Shown: positions 1-10,345 of the stretch, piece by piece
Layout: every line of letters starts with the position of its first letter
Numbering within the stretch: the first letter of the stretch is position 1
Assembly: GCA_963665275.2 (NCBI GenBank)
Contig: CAXXIN010000007.1
Location: 96,001-160,000, forward strand
Reading direction: 5' to 3'
Source: Negativicutes bacterium
GTDB lineage: Bacteria > Bacillota > Negativicutes > UBA1444
Length of the DNA: 64,000 bases
Translations under genes and position numbers: made by a program
The notes under the pieces: model-generated
What the model was told of the DNA's origin: nothing
Database searches by the model: none
Seen by the model: the letters and a program-made list of their open reading frames with translations, nothing else

Positions 1-646
1 CTGTCCGGATATAGTTTTCATTCAGCACTTCCAGTAAAGAGGATCGGGTCATCCGGGCAATCAATGCTCCCTGCATGATACCGAGCGAAACGGCGGGCAT
101 GATCAGATACTTCAAATGATTCAACAGCCCATTGGACAGAGGCTGATAGCCTGCCGCCGGCAGCCAGTTCAGCTGTACTGCGAATAGAAGAATAAAATTA
201 AGCCCGATCCAAAAACTCGGAATGGAAATGCCCAGTAACGCTAATGTCATAAAGGACTGATCGATCCAGGTTCCCCTGTTGACAGCTGCCATTACCCCGA
301 TCGGAATTGCCAGTACGATGGCGATGGTTTCAGCCATGACCGTCAGGGATACGGTCGGCCCCAGATGCTGCCAAATGGCAGTGGTAACCGGCATATCCAT
401 GAAAATCGACCATCCCAGATTTCCCTGCAGAACTCCCCACAACCATCGCCCGAATTGCACATAAATGGGGAGGTTGAGGCCAAGCTGTTCACGCAGCCTG
501 GCCAGATCGAAATCAGTGGCGTCGGAACCGAGAATAACCGCTGCCGGGTCGCCCGGAGTCAAGTGAATGATGATGAAATCGACGACCGCAACCACAGCTA
601 ACACTGGCAGCAGGGATAAGATTCGCATCAGAAGATATTTCGCCAT
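1..646 (-). CDS. Peptide ABC transporter permease (DppB/OppB family), runs off window start
   Basis: Manual translation from ATG at 646: MAKYLLMRILSLLPVLAVVAVVDFIIIHLTPGDPAAVILG, the typical DppB N-terminus; directly follows the binding-protein gene. Confidence 0.9.
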   Translation of the reverse strand, partial: MAKYLLMRILSLLPVLAVVAVVDFIIIHLTPGDPAAVILGSDATDFDLARLREQLGLNLPIYVQFGRWLWGVLQGNLGWSIFMDMPVTTAIWQHLGPTVSLTVMAETIAIVLAIPIGVMAAVNRGTWIDQSFMTLALLGISIPSFWIGLNFILLFAVQLNWLPAAGYQPLSNGLLNHLKYLIMPAVSLGIMQGALIARMTRSSLLEVLNENYIRT

Positions 647-692
647 GGGGTTTCGTCGCCCTCCCGTTTGTTTATTGCTTATCTTAAGTGTG

Positions 693-2284
693 TCATTTTA
701 CCGTAGTGTTCCAGTATTGTTTTTCGCAGAAGAACACGGCCCCTTTTACATTCTTGCGTGCGGCGGAAAATTGGTGCAGGTTGCCGAACTTGATAACCGG
801 CACGTCATCCCAATACAAGGCTTGTACTTTTTCGAACACTTTCTTGGCTTGTTCCAGATTGGGAGCTTCCCGCATTTCATCCAGCAAGGCATCCATCTTA
901 GGATTGCTGTACCAGCCCGCCCATTTGAAACGGGAGTCGATATACAGAGTTTCGGACGGTTCAAGCGTAATCAGGAAACCGGTAATGAAGATGCTCCAGA
1001 GTTTGTCATTGGAACGCTTGCTCAGAACGGTCGGCCAGTCGTAAACCTCCAGATTCACTACCATGCCGATTTTCTCCAGCTGGTCTTTCAGCACAACCGC
1101 ACTCTTGTACATGTAGTCATAGTCCCGCGTGGTAATGATGGTCACCGGCTCGCCGTTGTAACCTGACTCGGCCAGCAGTTTCTTCGCCAGCTCCGGGTTT
1201 TTCTGGTTATATTTTTCCTTGCCGCTGTCGACATACCAGATCTGTTCCTTGAATACCAATCCATGATTAAGCTCGTAAAAGTCCGGTGTCCCCCCCCCCC
1301 CCCCCCCCCCCGCCACCGCTTTCATGATCGTTTCGGAATCGATGGCGGCATTGACGGCTTGGCGTTTTTTTCACGTCAGCGAACAATCCGCTCTTAGTGT
1401 TGAAAATCATGGAAATATAGCTCGAAGGTTTTGCAACCTGCACGTTGATGTTGGGATCTTTTTTCAGAGACTCGTAACTATCAGTCGGCAGGCCTTCCGC
1501 GAAATCATATTCGCCCGGACTGGATGCCGGCCACCCGGGTTGCCGCATCCGGCACGAAATAGAAGAATATGTTGTCCACCAGGGCTTCTTTCTTGCCCGA
1601 TAGGCCGCTTGTAGGGCCAGGAGCTGTTTTGTAACCGGCGTATTTTTTCACCTGGATATATTGATTCTGTTTCCAGTCGACAAACTCGAAGGGGCCGGTG
1701 CCGATGAATTTTTTGACATTGCCGTCGCCTGCTTCTTCAATTACTTCTTTCGGCATGATGACAGCACCCTGGGACGGATACGCCAGAGCCGGCAGCAATG
1801 CGCTGGACGGTTTGGGCAGAGTGATTACGACCGTATTGCTGTCTTTGGCGGTAATGGTGGCCGGCGCAACAACCGCCCTGCCGATAGTGGAGTATTTCCG
1901 CCACCGCAGCAGCGAAGCAACGACATCATCCGCAGTCAGATCCTTGCCATTGTGGAATTTGATGCCTTTACGCAGCGGGAAAGTGAAGGTCTTGCCATCC
2001 GGACTGATTTCGATTTTTTCCGCCAGGGAGGGTACTACCTGGTATTTTTCATCGACTGTGACCAGGTATTCAAAAATGTGCCACCCAACCTGTTGCGTCA
2101 CCGTTGCCGTGGTTCTGTGCATGTCGATCGTGGGCGGAGTCGTGGTCAACGCCACCTTCAAATCATTTTTCTCTTTACCGCCTCCCGCCCCCGGCGCCGT
2201 CGGCGTGGACGAACTGGAACAACCGAGAGTGAATAGAAGAATCAGAACTACCAATAATACAGAGATTTGTTTTTTCGTTGTCAT
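693..2284 (-). CDS. Peptide ABC transporter substrate-binding lipoprotein (family 5), split by two +1 frameshifts and containing a G22 run
   Basis: Lipobox LGC, FHNGKDLTADDV and IGTGPF motifs; ORFs 1505..2284, 1267..1548 and 693..1325 join into one frame if one base is removed at C3 1514-1516 and at T7 1365-1371. Confidence 0.85.
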
Positions 2285-2325
2285 ACCATAGCCTCCTCAT
2301 TATGTTTGTGGCAATTGCGCGAAAT

Positions 2326-3913
2326 TTATTGGCCGCGTCTCAGGGTCCGGCCTTCGAGAGCTCCTGTATACTGACCTTGCCTGACGGCCACGGATCCATT
2401 GATCAGCACATGGTCAATTCCCACTGGATATTGGGCCGGTTCAGCAAAGGTAGCTTTATCTGCAATGGTCGCGGGATCGAATACAACGATATCGGCCCAG
2501 GCGCCTTCCCTGAGCACGCCCCTGTCGCGCAGCCCCAGTTTTTGCGCCGGCAATGACGTCATTTTGCGAACGCCTTCCTGCAGGGAGACGACTTGCTCTT
2601 CGCGGACATATTTGGCCAGCACCCGAGGAAACGTCCCGTAGAAACGGGGATGCGGCTTGCCGGAACTGGGGATGGCGTCCGACCCGATCATCGACGCCGG
2701 ATGCCTGATGATGGTTTGCACATCCTCTTCCGTCAGGAAGAATATGTTCATCAATGCCAGTCCGTCTTCTTCCAATAAAACCCGGAACAGGACATCGACA
2801 GGATCCTGGTGGCTTATTTCGGCTAATTCCTGCAGATTCTTACCCTCATAATCCTTGTTTTTCATGCAATAGGCAATCATGATGCCATCCCAACCTGTTA
2901 TTTTGGCGGTGTTTTCCCAGCCGGGCAGCCCTTGCGCGATGTCCCGACGCATGCGTTCCTGCAGGGCCGGTTGCCGCACCCGATCCAGCAAAGCGGTGAT
3001 TCCGCCATCATGCGCCCACGGCGGCAGCAATGTTTTCAGCGAGGGTACTGGCGGCAATATAGGGATATACATCGCAAGTGACATCGTTCCCCCGCTGCCG
3101 GGAAGCATCGATCATCGCCAACGTCTGGCGGCATTTCCCCCAATTTTGGCGACCGGCTGATTTGTGGTGGGAGAGTTCCAGCGCGACCCCGGACTGCTCA
3201 GCCACCTGGATTGCCTCCGCAACCGCTGTCAACACCTCGTCCGCTTCGTTTCGGATGTGGGTAGCGTACATTCCACCTTTGGCAGCCACCACCCGGCACA
3301 GTTCCCTCATCTCATCGGCTTGGCTGAAAATTCCGGGAGGATAAATCAGTCCGCTTGACAGGCCAAAAGCGCCCTCGTCCAGCGCCTCGCCGACCAGATC
3401 CTGCATACGCCGCAATTCCTGCGGCGTGGGCTGCCGATCGTCGAATCCCATAGCGCCGATCCGCACCATGCCATGCCCGACGAGAGCCGCCACATTGCCG
3501 ATCGTCTTGTGCTCGTCAATCCGGTCCAGATAGTCGCCTACACTTCGCCAATTCCATTTCACGGAACTATCTCGAAAGGTTGGCGACGCCTGCTTCAAAA
3601 ACAGCGGCAGCATCTTTTCATTGACGGGCGCTACCGAAGTGCCGCAATTGCCGACCACTTCCGTCGTCACACCCTGCAATATTTTCCCCTTTTCCCGCGG
3701 CTCGGCGAAGGACAGCACGTCGGAGTGACAATGAATGTCGATGAACCCCGGCGATACGATATGACCCGCCGCATCAATCGTTTCCGCCGCCAGTGCATCG
3801 TTAAGCTTGCCGATGCTCACGATTTTGCCGTCTTTGATCCCCACATCTGCCTTGAACCAGGGATTGCCGCACCCATCCATGACATGGCCGTTTTTTACCA
3901 GGACATCATACAT
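2326..3913 (-). CDS. N-acyl-D-amino-acid deacylase (D-aminoacylase, amidohydrolase superfamily), one +1 frameshift
   Basis: GFIDIHCHSD, GNCG, HIRNE, SHHK, GSDA and HPRFYGTFPR motifs; the two ORFs join if one base is removed from G3 3043-3045; SD GGAGG before ATG 3913. Confidence 0.88.
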
Positions 3914-3942
3914 AGCGAATCTCCTCCATCTCACTTGGTTGC

Positions 3943-4008
3943 CGAAATAAGCAATGACGCTTGCAACATAACATAGGAGTTATGCCGTAAGCGTCATTGC
4001 TTATTTCG
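3943..4008. repeat. Long intergenic inverted repeat (20-bp perfect arms plus inner stem)
   Basis: CGAAATAAGCAATGACGCTT at 3943-3962 is the exact reverse complement of 3989-4008. Confidence 0.9.
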
Positions 4009-4045
4009 ATATGTTTTTCGACTTCAGTCAGTTAAATAACCAAAT

Positions 4046-5627
4046 TTATTTTCGCAGAACTTGCCCAGCTAAAACTCCGGTAAATTGGCCTTTGCGTACC
4101 GCCACCCGTCCATTGACAAGCACGGCGTCCATTCCTGTCGAATACTGGCAGGGATCGCTGTATTGGGAACGATCCGCCACGACAGCCGCGTCGAAAACCG
4201 CAATATCGGCCGCCATGCCGATGCGAATCATGCCCCGGTCCCGAAGTCCCAGTTTCTTCGCCGGCAGTGAGCTCATCTTGAGCACGGCTTCCGGCAACGT
4301 CAACAGTTTTTCCTCTCGCACATATTTTCGCAACACGCGGGGAAACGTACCGAAAAAGCGGGGGATGCGGCTTACCGACGCTGGGAATGGCATCAGAGCC
4401 GACCATCGATAACGGATGCCGCAAGATCGTCGATACATCCTCTTCACACATCAGAAACGCGAGCATCAGGGCATTCCCCTGTTCCTCCAGCATAAAATCA
4501 AACAATGCTTCCGCCGGTTCCTGCTTCCGATCCGCAGCCAACGCCGCCAGGGTTTTTCCCTCGCAATCATGATTGATGCCGCAGGAGGCAATCATGATGC
4601 ACTCCCAGTTCGCGCCCGTTACAAATCGGTCCCAGCCTGGAATTCCTGCTTCGAATTCTTTTTTTATCCGCGCACGATTCGCCGGATCCCGCAACCGTTG
4701 CAGCAAAAGGTCGCTGCCGCCGGCCTGCATCCATGGCGGCAGAACGGTCCCGAGCACCGTACTGGAAGCAGTATAAGGATAAACATCACAATGAATATTG
4801 AGACCTTGCGCACTGGCGTCTGTCATCAATTGGAGAGTTTGGTTCACTTTGCCCCAATTTTGGGGACCAGCCGCCTTGTGATGTGAAATCTCAACCGACA
4901 CACCCGCTTCCAGGGCCACATGGATGGTTTCCTGAACTGAATCAATCACCCGGTCGCCTTCATTGCGCATATGAGTCGCATACAGTCCGTCCGCTGCCGC
5001 AACGATCCGGCACAATTCCACCATTTCAGGCGTCTGGCTGAATAAACCCGGCGGATAAATTAATCCGCTCGACAGGCCAAAAGCCCCTTCGGACAACGAT
5101 TCCGACACCAGTTGCTTCATCTGGGCCATTTCGGCGGCATCCGGCGTCCGGTCGTCAAAACCCATGACTGCTATCCGGACGGTGCCGTGTCCGACGAGGG
5201 CCGCCACATTGCTGATCGTTTGGCGTTTTTCGATGCACTCCAGAAATTCGCCGGTCGTCTTCCAACTCCAGGGCATCTCACCATCGGCAAAAATCGAGGA
5301 AGTGTATTTTTGCAGCAGGTCCAACGTCGGCAAGGCTACCGGAGCCGCCGACAGGCCGCAGTTTCCGATGGTCTCGGTCGTAACCCCCTGCAGAATTTTG
5401 CTCTGTTCACGCGGCGTTTTGAACAGGACGGCATCGGAGTGACAGTGAATATCGACAAAACCAGGTGTCACCACCAAACCGGCCGCGTCAATCCGCTCCT
5501 GCGCTTCCTGTCCGGTCAAGTGGCCGATGCTGGCTATTTTTCCATCTTTTATGCCCAAATCCGCCTGAAAGGCTGCTTCTCCGCTTCCGTCAACGATTTG
5601 TCCGTTTTCAATAATAATATCGTACAC
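4046..5627 (-). CDS. N-acyl-D-amino-acid deacylase paralog, one +1 frameshift
   Basis: GFVDIHCHSD, GNCG, HMRNE, SHHK, GSDA motifs; removing one base from G5 4360-4364 restores HPRFFGTFPR and joins ORF 4046..4447. Confidence 0.88.
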
Positions 5628-5644
5628 TGTAGTCGTATCCTCCT

Positions 5645-6970
5645 TTAAAACCTGACCCTGTCCGACAATCGCAATGAATACAGTTGTCGGGGCCGTCCCT
5701 TATGAATCGGCTGCTCTTCACCCACCACAACAGCCAGATTGCTTTGCCCCAGCTGATTTAGAAGTCGCCGCGCGCTGCGCAGTGAAATTCCAAACCATTG
5801 GGCCAACTCGGCGGTTGTGAGATTGCTGCGCCCATGCTGTTCATTCAGCGCAACCAGCTTATTCAGCGTCCCAATGCTGACGCCAGCTTGTTTGGCAAGA
5901 GCCAGCCGCTCCGGATCAGCGCTGCGGGCAGAGTAACTTAACTGCGTTCCTTTTCCCAACGGCCCGAGTACGGCCCTATTCGGCAAAACGGCGTAGCATC
6001 CGCCGCCGCCCTGCATTTCCGCCTTTGACAATGCTTCCTTTGCATTTCGTTCGGCTTCGTTAGCTGTACAGCCAATCCCAATTCCTTGGCTAATACATAG
6101 TTGCAACGCATCGGAAACCTCCCCGACCAGCGGCGACCTCGTAAAATTCCCGGTCAAGGACTCAATGACACCGCGGGTGGTAACGAACGTCGTGTCCTGC
6201 TGATCCGACCAATACATCAGGGTTTGCGTCTGTTCACCAAAGCTTGCCAGCATTTGATTGATGCCCTCACGAATCCGTTCGCCTTCTGCATCCGAAGTCG
6301 CTTTGTCATCTCCTGTTGCACGGATACTGACGATACATACCGCCAGCTGCGTATTGCCGACTTCCAGGCTTTTGCCTTCCAATTGGACCAATTTCAGCGA
6401 ATCACAAATTGCCGATTGCGTCGGGATGATCCGGTAACAAGGAACACCCAATTCCAGCAGCCGCTCGTAAACGGAAGTGACGCAGGTGATGGCCTGGTCA
6501 ATCTGGCGCTTCTGCCACAGATCATAATGGAATTGCACTATATCCGACGTCTGCAGCCCCAACCGAAACTCTTTGACGAACAGCTGCTCGGCGAGCAATC
6601 CCACTTCATTGATCCTTTCCTGAACCTCATGGCGCTTCAGGATATCGACGCTGATGCGAAGAGGCGCCTGTCCAGTATCCCCAACGCGGTCCCGTGTCAG
6701 TTGGAACAGCACACGGTATAGGCCGGCGCCTGTGTAAGGAATATATACCATGGGAATGGTTTTGACTTGCTGGCTGGCGATTTCGTAAGGAATCGGTCCT
6801 GCAAATAAAAAAATGTCGACTTTTGTCTGATAGTCCAATGTGAGTGAAAGAGCTTCCGCTTCATGCCGATAAGGTACGGGAATCAAACTCAGACCCGGAT
6901 AATTCCTGCCAACTTCAGCAACCAAAGCCACGAGGTCCGGCGGGCCGATCACAGCAACTTTCAGTTTCAT
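5645..6970 (-). CDS. Putative transcriptional regulator with C-terminal winged HTH
   Basis: C-terminal TAELAQWFGISLRSARRLL...KGRPRQLY; start placed at MKLKVAVIG (ATG 6970); heads the deacylase/ABC operon. Confidence 0.75.
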   Translation of the reverse strand: MKLKVAVIGPPDLVALVAEVGRNYPGLSLIPVPYRHEAEALSLTLDYQTKVDIFLFAGPIPYEIASQQVKTIPMVYIPYTGAGLYRVLFQLTRDRVGDTGQAPLRISVDILKRHEVQERINEVGLLAEQLFVKEFRLGLQTSDIVQFHYDLWQKRQIDQAITCVTSVYERLLELGVPCYRIIPTQSAICDSLKLVQLEGKSLEVGNTQLAVCIVSIRATGDDKATSDAEGERIREGINQMLASFGEQTQTLMYWSDQQDTTFVTTRGVIESLTGNFTRSPLVGEVSDALQLCISQGIGIGCTANEAERNAKEALSKAEMQGGGGCYAVLPNRAVLGPLGKGTQLSYSARSADPERLALAKQAGVSIGTLNKLVALNEQHGRSNLTTAELAQWFGISLRSARRLLNQLGQSNLAVVVGEEQPIHKGRPRQLYSLRLSDRVRF

Positions 6971-7069
6971 CGCTCCCATTCCTTTCTGCGGTGATTTGCA
7001 TCCCTCGCAAGTAGTCCGTAAGTAGTCCGTAAATAACAAATAAAAAAGACCATGCAGATATGATATCGA

Positions 7070-7142
7070 CATGGCCACATTGCCTAACTGCGTGTTACTC
7101 TATATTGGAATCTACTTTACAATGCCTGCGGAAATTTGTCAA
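7070..7142 (-). promoter_or_regulatory. Sigma70-type promoter and putative operator for the regulator operon
   Basis: Minus strand TTGACA-17 nt-TAAAGT; motif CATGGCCACATTGCC at 7070-7084 recurs upstream of dat. Confidence 0.5.
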
Positions 7143-7182
7143 GCCTATAATATTGCTTTACAAATCCAGCGATCAAGTGGGC

Positions 7183-8037
7183 CTAGTTGTTGTCGATCAA
7201 TTTTTGGTATTCTGCATTCAATTGGGCGAAAATTTGACCGACGCCGTTGCCAACGGGTTTGCCGTCGATGGAACCAACCGGTACGATACCGCTGGCTGCC
7301 GAAACGAAAACTTCATCCGCGCTGGTGAAAAATTCCGGTGTGCAGAACTCTTCCACGACTTTGATACCCAGTTTATTTGCGATCTGCAGGGCAACGGCCC
7401 GCGTTATGCCCGGAAGGATGAGTTTCCCCAGCGGAGCCGTGTGAATGACGCCGTCCTTGACTGCGTAGCAATTGCTATGGGCGCTCTCGGTAACGAATTT
7501 CTTGCCGCCGTCTTCCCGTATGAAGATGACTTCCTGGCAACCGGCTTTGGCCGCCGCATTGCTGGCCATCACGCTGCCCAGCAGATTCAGTGTTTTAATA
7601 TGGCAGAAATGTTGCCTTTCATCCGGATAAAAAATTGTTTTGCATCCTTGAGTATAAAATTCAGCGGGTTTCGGCGACACTGGAATAATAGAGCCGGACA
7701 GAATGGGCCGTAGGTTCGGCACGCTCACATGATTGCGCGGTGATTGCCAGCCACGGGTCCACTGAAAATAGAACATGCCGCGTTCAATGCCTGATTCTTT
7801 CAGCAGCAGATCGCTGAACTGTTCGACTTCGGCACGGGTATAGCAGGGAATGATGTCAAGCATGTTGCAGCTGCGTTCGAACCGATCCAAGTGTTCCTTG
7901 CGCAGGAAATGCTTCCCGTTGAAAACCATCCATGCATCATAAACCCCGTCGCCGAACTGATAGCCCCGGTCCTCAACGCAGACAACCGGTTGATCTTTTT
8001 CCACAATTTTTCCGTCGTAAAAAACTAATGACCTCAT
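7183..8037 (-). CDS. dat: D-amino-acid aminotransferase (class IV PLP enzyme)
   Basis: EDRGYQFGDGVY, HIKTLNLL (PLP lysine), ILPGITR, ADEVF; start at MRSLVFY. Confidence 0.85.
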   Translation of the reverse strand: MRSLVFYDGKIVEKDQPVVCVEDRGYQFGDGVYDAWMVFNGKHFLRKEHLDRFERSCNMLDIIPCYTRAEVEQFSDLLLKESGIERGMFYFQWTRGWQSPRNHVSVPNLRPILSGSIIPVSPKPAEFYTQGCKTIFYPDERQHFCHIKTLNLLGSVMASNAAAKAGCQEVIFIREDGGKKFVTESAHSNCYAVKDGVIHTAPLGKLILPGITRAVALQIANKLGIKVVEEFCTPEFFTSADEVFVSAASGIVPVGSIDGKPVGNGVGQIFAQLNAEYQKLIDNN

Positions 8038-8139
8038 GACACCCACACCTTTCTCATCATATATTGGACCGACAGATCCTGTCTTCGCCGCACTCTGCGA
8101 TCGAAAAAAACAAAGACCACAATAGCACAGTTGTACTAT

Positions 8140-8212
8140 CATGGCCTCATTGCCGCATCCCAAACAAGACCCTCAACATGGATAAAAATACAACTTTCGC
8201 AGGCGTTTGTCA
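8140..8212 (-). promoter_or_regulatory. Sigma70-type promoter and putative operator for dat
   Basis: Minus strand TTGACA-17 nt-TATTTT; CATGGCCTCATTGCC at 8140-8154. Confidence 0.45.
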
Positions 8213-8357
8213 AGGCGTCACATGTAAAACCGCGAAAAAAATCACCAATTACATCTCGCGGTCACTTAGCCTGAACGGAGATGTTTCAAAGACGTTTGGA
8301 GACGAGCAGGGATATCGGTTCAGCCTGTTACTGACAAACACCTGGTAATATGCCAGC

Positions 8358-10259
8358 CTAATCTCCGAGCAGAATCTGGTGTATTTCCACCCCATAACGG
8401 CGGACAAACGCTTGTTTAGCCTGGTGATAGGCTACGCTGTCGCCTTTTTGCGTTGTCCTGTCTACATAACGGCGGGCCAGCTCGTCCGCGATCACATCCA
8501 GGAGCAGTTCCGCCAGCAAGAGCCGCGCGCCGTCCCGGAAGCGGCCTTGTCCATCTACATACAGCCGCACTGTCGGGGCTTCGGTATTGATGAGAATGAG
8601 CCGCTCCTCCGCGCTATACACCGCTCGCTCGATATCATTGTTCAGGTTGCGCAGTTCATAGCCCGAAAACAGATCAGTCGAATTATCCCTGTCCCACAGC
8701 GCCGGGGGCTTGCCGGAGGGATGCCCTCCGCCTGTCCCGACAGCGGTTTCGGCAATGACAATTTCGCAATACGCGGAATAAGGACCGGAGACCACTTGAA
8801 TCCGCCCTTTGGCCCCTATCTCTGTTCCCGTCACCTTCCATTCGAACCGTCCCTCCTCCGGTAGTTCAGCAACCGCCAGATCTTCCAGAACCGGTTCCGC
8901 CGTGATGCTCTCAGGCAGCTCATAAACAAAGGACAGCAAATCCTGGGCCAGCAATTGTGTGCGGTCCACAATCATGGCCACATGAAAGGGTTGCTGCACC
9001 TTGCGGTAGTAAAACGGAGTGCTGAAGCGCAATACAGCAGGTCGCCCCGTATCAAACGGCCCGTATTTTCCTGATCCGGGGCCGGGAGGAAGCACGATTC
9101 CCAGCTCTTCCACCGCAATCTTGTTCATCCGTTGCAAAATCTGCTCGATCAGGGTCTGGGTTCGCCTGGACGTGGTCGCATGGTCCAGATGGCTCAGCCT
9201 CAGCTGTTCACTGTGGATCGCTTCAGCGATCATGTCGCTTACCGAATTCGCGAAAGCGGCGACAAAGGGATCTTTCAGGTTTAACCCTTCCCGCTCATCG
9301 CTGATGATTGGGTGGCCGCCTGCCAGCATATCCGCCAGTCCGGGGCACTCGACCGTTCCAAACAGGAATTCTGTCCCCAACTGGTTCTCAAAACGAAAGA
9401 ACTGGCAGTCCAAAACCGCTGTGCCGGAGATAACGAGCAATCCATTGGTGCGCTCGTCTCCTTTGAGTACCAGTTCCGCACCATGCGCTCTGCTCAGGGT
9501 AAGGTGGAACTGGTATTTGCTGTTCTTAAAAACAAAGTACCCCGGCATGTCTGGACCGATCAGCATTTCAGCTTCCGGTTCAGCATAGCGGAGTACCGTC
9601 AAGGATTTCTTTTTGCGTGCCTGGTTCAGATTCGCCAGCTCAACATTGCGCCGCTGCAAAATATCACGCAGGTAAATATTGTTGGTGATCGCGATGAGCA
9701 GCGACCGAAAATAGGGAATATTCGTCTGCGGATTCTCCACAACAATGGTCACCTGTGTTCCGTTGCCGCCCGCCGGAAGAGCCAATCGTTCATAATCCGC
9801 CGCCCCGGCGGCGCGGTCGCCGTCCCAGTCGTCATACATGTACCCGCCGGATTCCGAACGAAACAGATCGATTCTGGCCAGCCTGCCCTCATGGACAGAC
9901 TCGATCCACCCATATCCCAGTCCATAAATCGCCTGTTTCATGCCGCGCCCGAAATAGCCGCGGCCGCTGGACTCGCCCCTCGCCAGAAGGCTATGGGCGC
10001 CCCCATACGACAACACCGCGCGCATGCGATCGATAGTCATGCCTTCCGCTTGATCGGTTACAGTCAGCACCGCCCCATTCTGATGACGCTCATAACTGAT
10101 CCGAATGTTGCCGCTGATTTGTGACTCTTGCCGTTCCAACCGGGAATAACTGTCATCGCTATTGGTGATCAGCTCGACCAGTGCTTTTTCGATAGACGCA
10201 AACCGCCGGGAATCGATATCAATCACCCGTTGGTCTACAGGCAACGCCAACACAGTCAT
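8358..10259 (-). CDS. GHKL-superfamily (HATPase_c / MORC-like) ATPase with uncharacterised C-terminal region
   Basis: N-box ALVELITNSDDS, G1 DQAEGM, G2 GYFGRG, G3 GTQVTI; S5-like middle region (GTVECPGL...DEREGLN). Confidence 0.8.
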   Translation of the reverse strand: MTVLALPVDQRVIDIDSRRFASIEKALVELITNSDDSYSRLERQESQISGNIRISYERHQNGAVLTVTDQAEGMTIDRMRAVLSYGGAHSLLARGESSGRGYFGRGMKQAIYGLGYGWIESVHEGRLARIDLFRSESGGYMYDDWDGDRAAGAADYERLALPAGGNGTQVTIVVENPQTNIPYFRSLLIAITNNIYLRDILQRRNVELANLNQARKKKSLTVLRYAEPEAEMLIGPDMPGYFVFKNSKYQFHLTLSRAHGAELVLKGDERTNGLLVISGTAVLDCQFFRFENQLGTEFLFGTVECPGLADMLAGGHPIISDEREGLNLKDPFVAAFANSVSDMIAEAIHSEQLRLSHLDHATTSRRTQTLIEQILQRMNKIAVEELGIVLPPGPGSGKYGPFDTGRPAVLRFSTPFYYRKVQQPFHVAMIVDRTQLLAQDLLSFVYELPESITAEPVLEDLAVAELPEEGRFEWKVTGTEIGAKGRIQVVSGPYSAYCEIVIAETAVGTGGGHPSGKPPALWDRDNSTDLFSGYELRNLNNDIERAVYSAEERLILINTEAPTVRLYVDGQGRFRDGARLLLAELLLDVIADELARRYVDRTTQKGDSVAYHQAKQAFVRRYGVEIHQILLGD

Positions 10260-10345
10260 GGCAATCCGCCTCCCCGTTCTTTTTAGGTTGCGAGCAGTTG
10301 CTTGGCTTGAAGGGCACCTATGGCTGCGACTGAGTGTTTATATTA

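Noticed and set aside
693-5627. Pseudogenisation or programmed frameshifting of the ABC and deacylase genes (also the MBL gene at 45153)
   Set aside because: All five lesions are single extra bases in homopolymers, with no nonsense codons or other decay; typical of sequencing error
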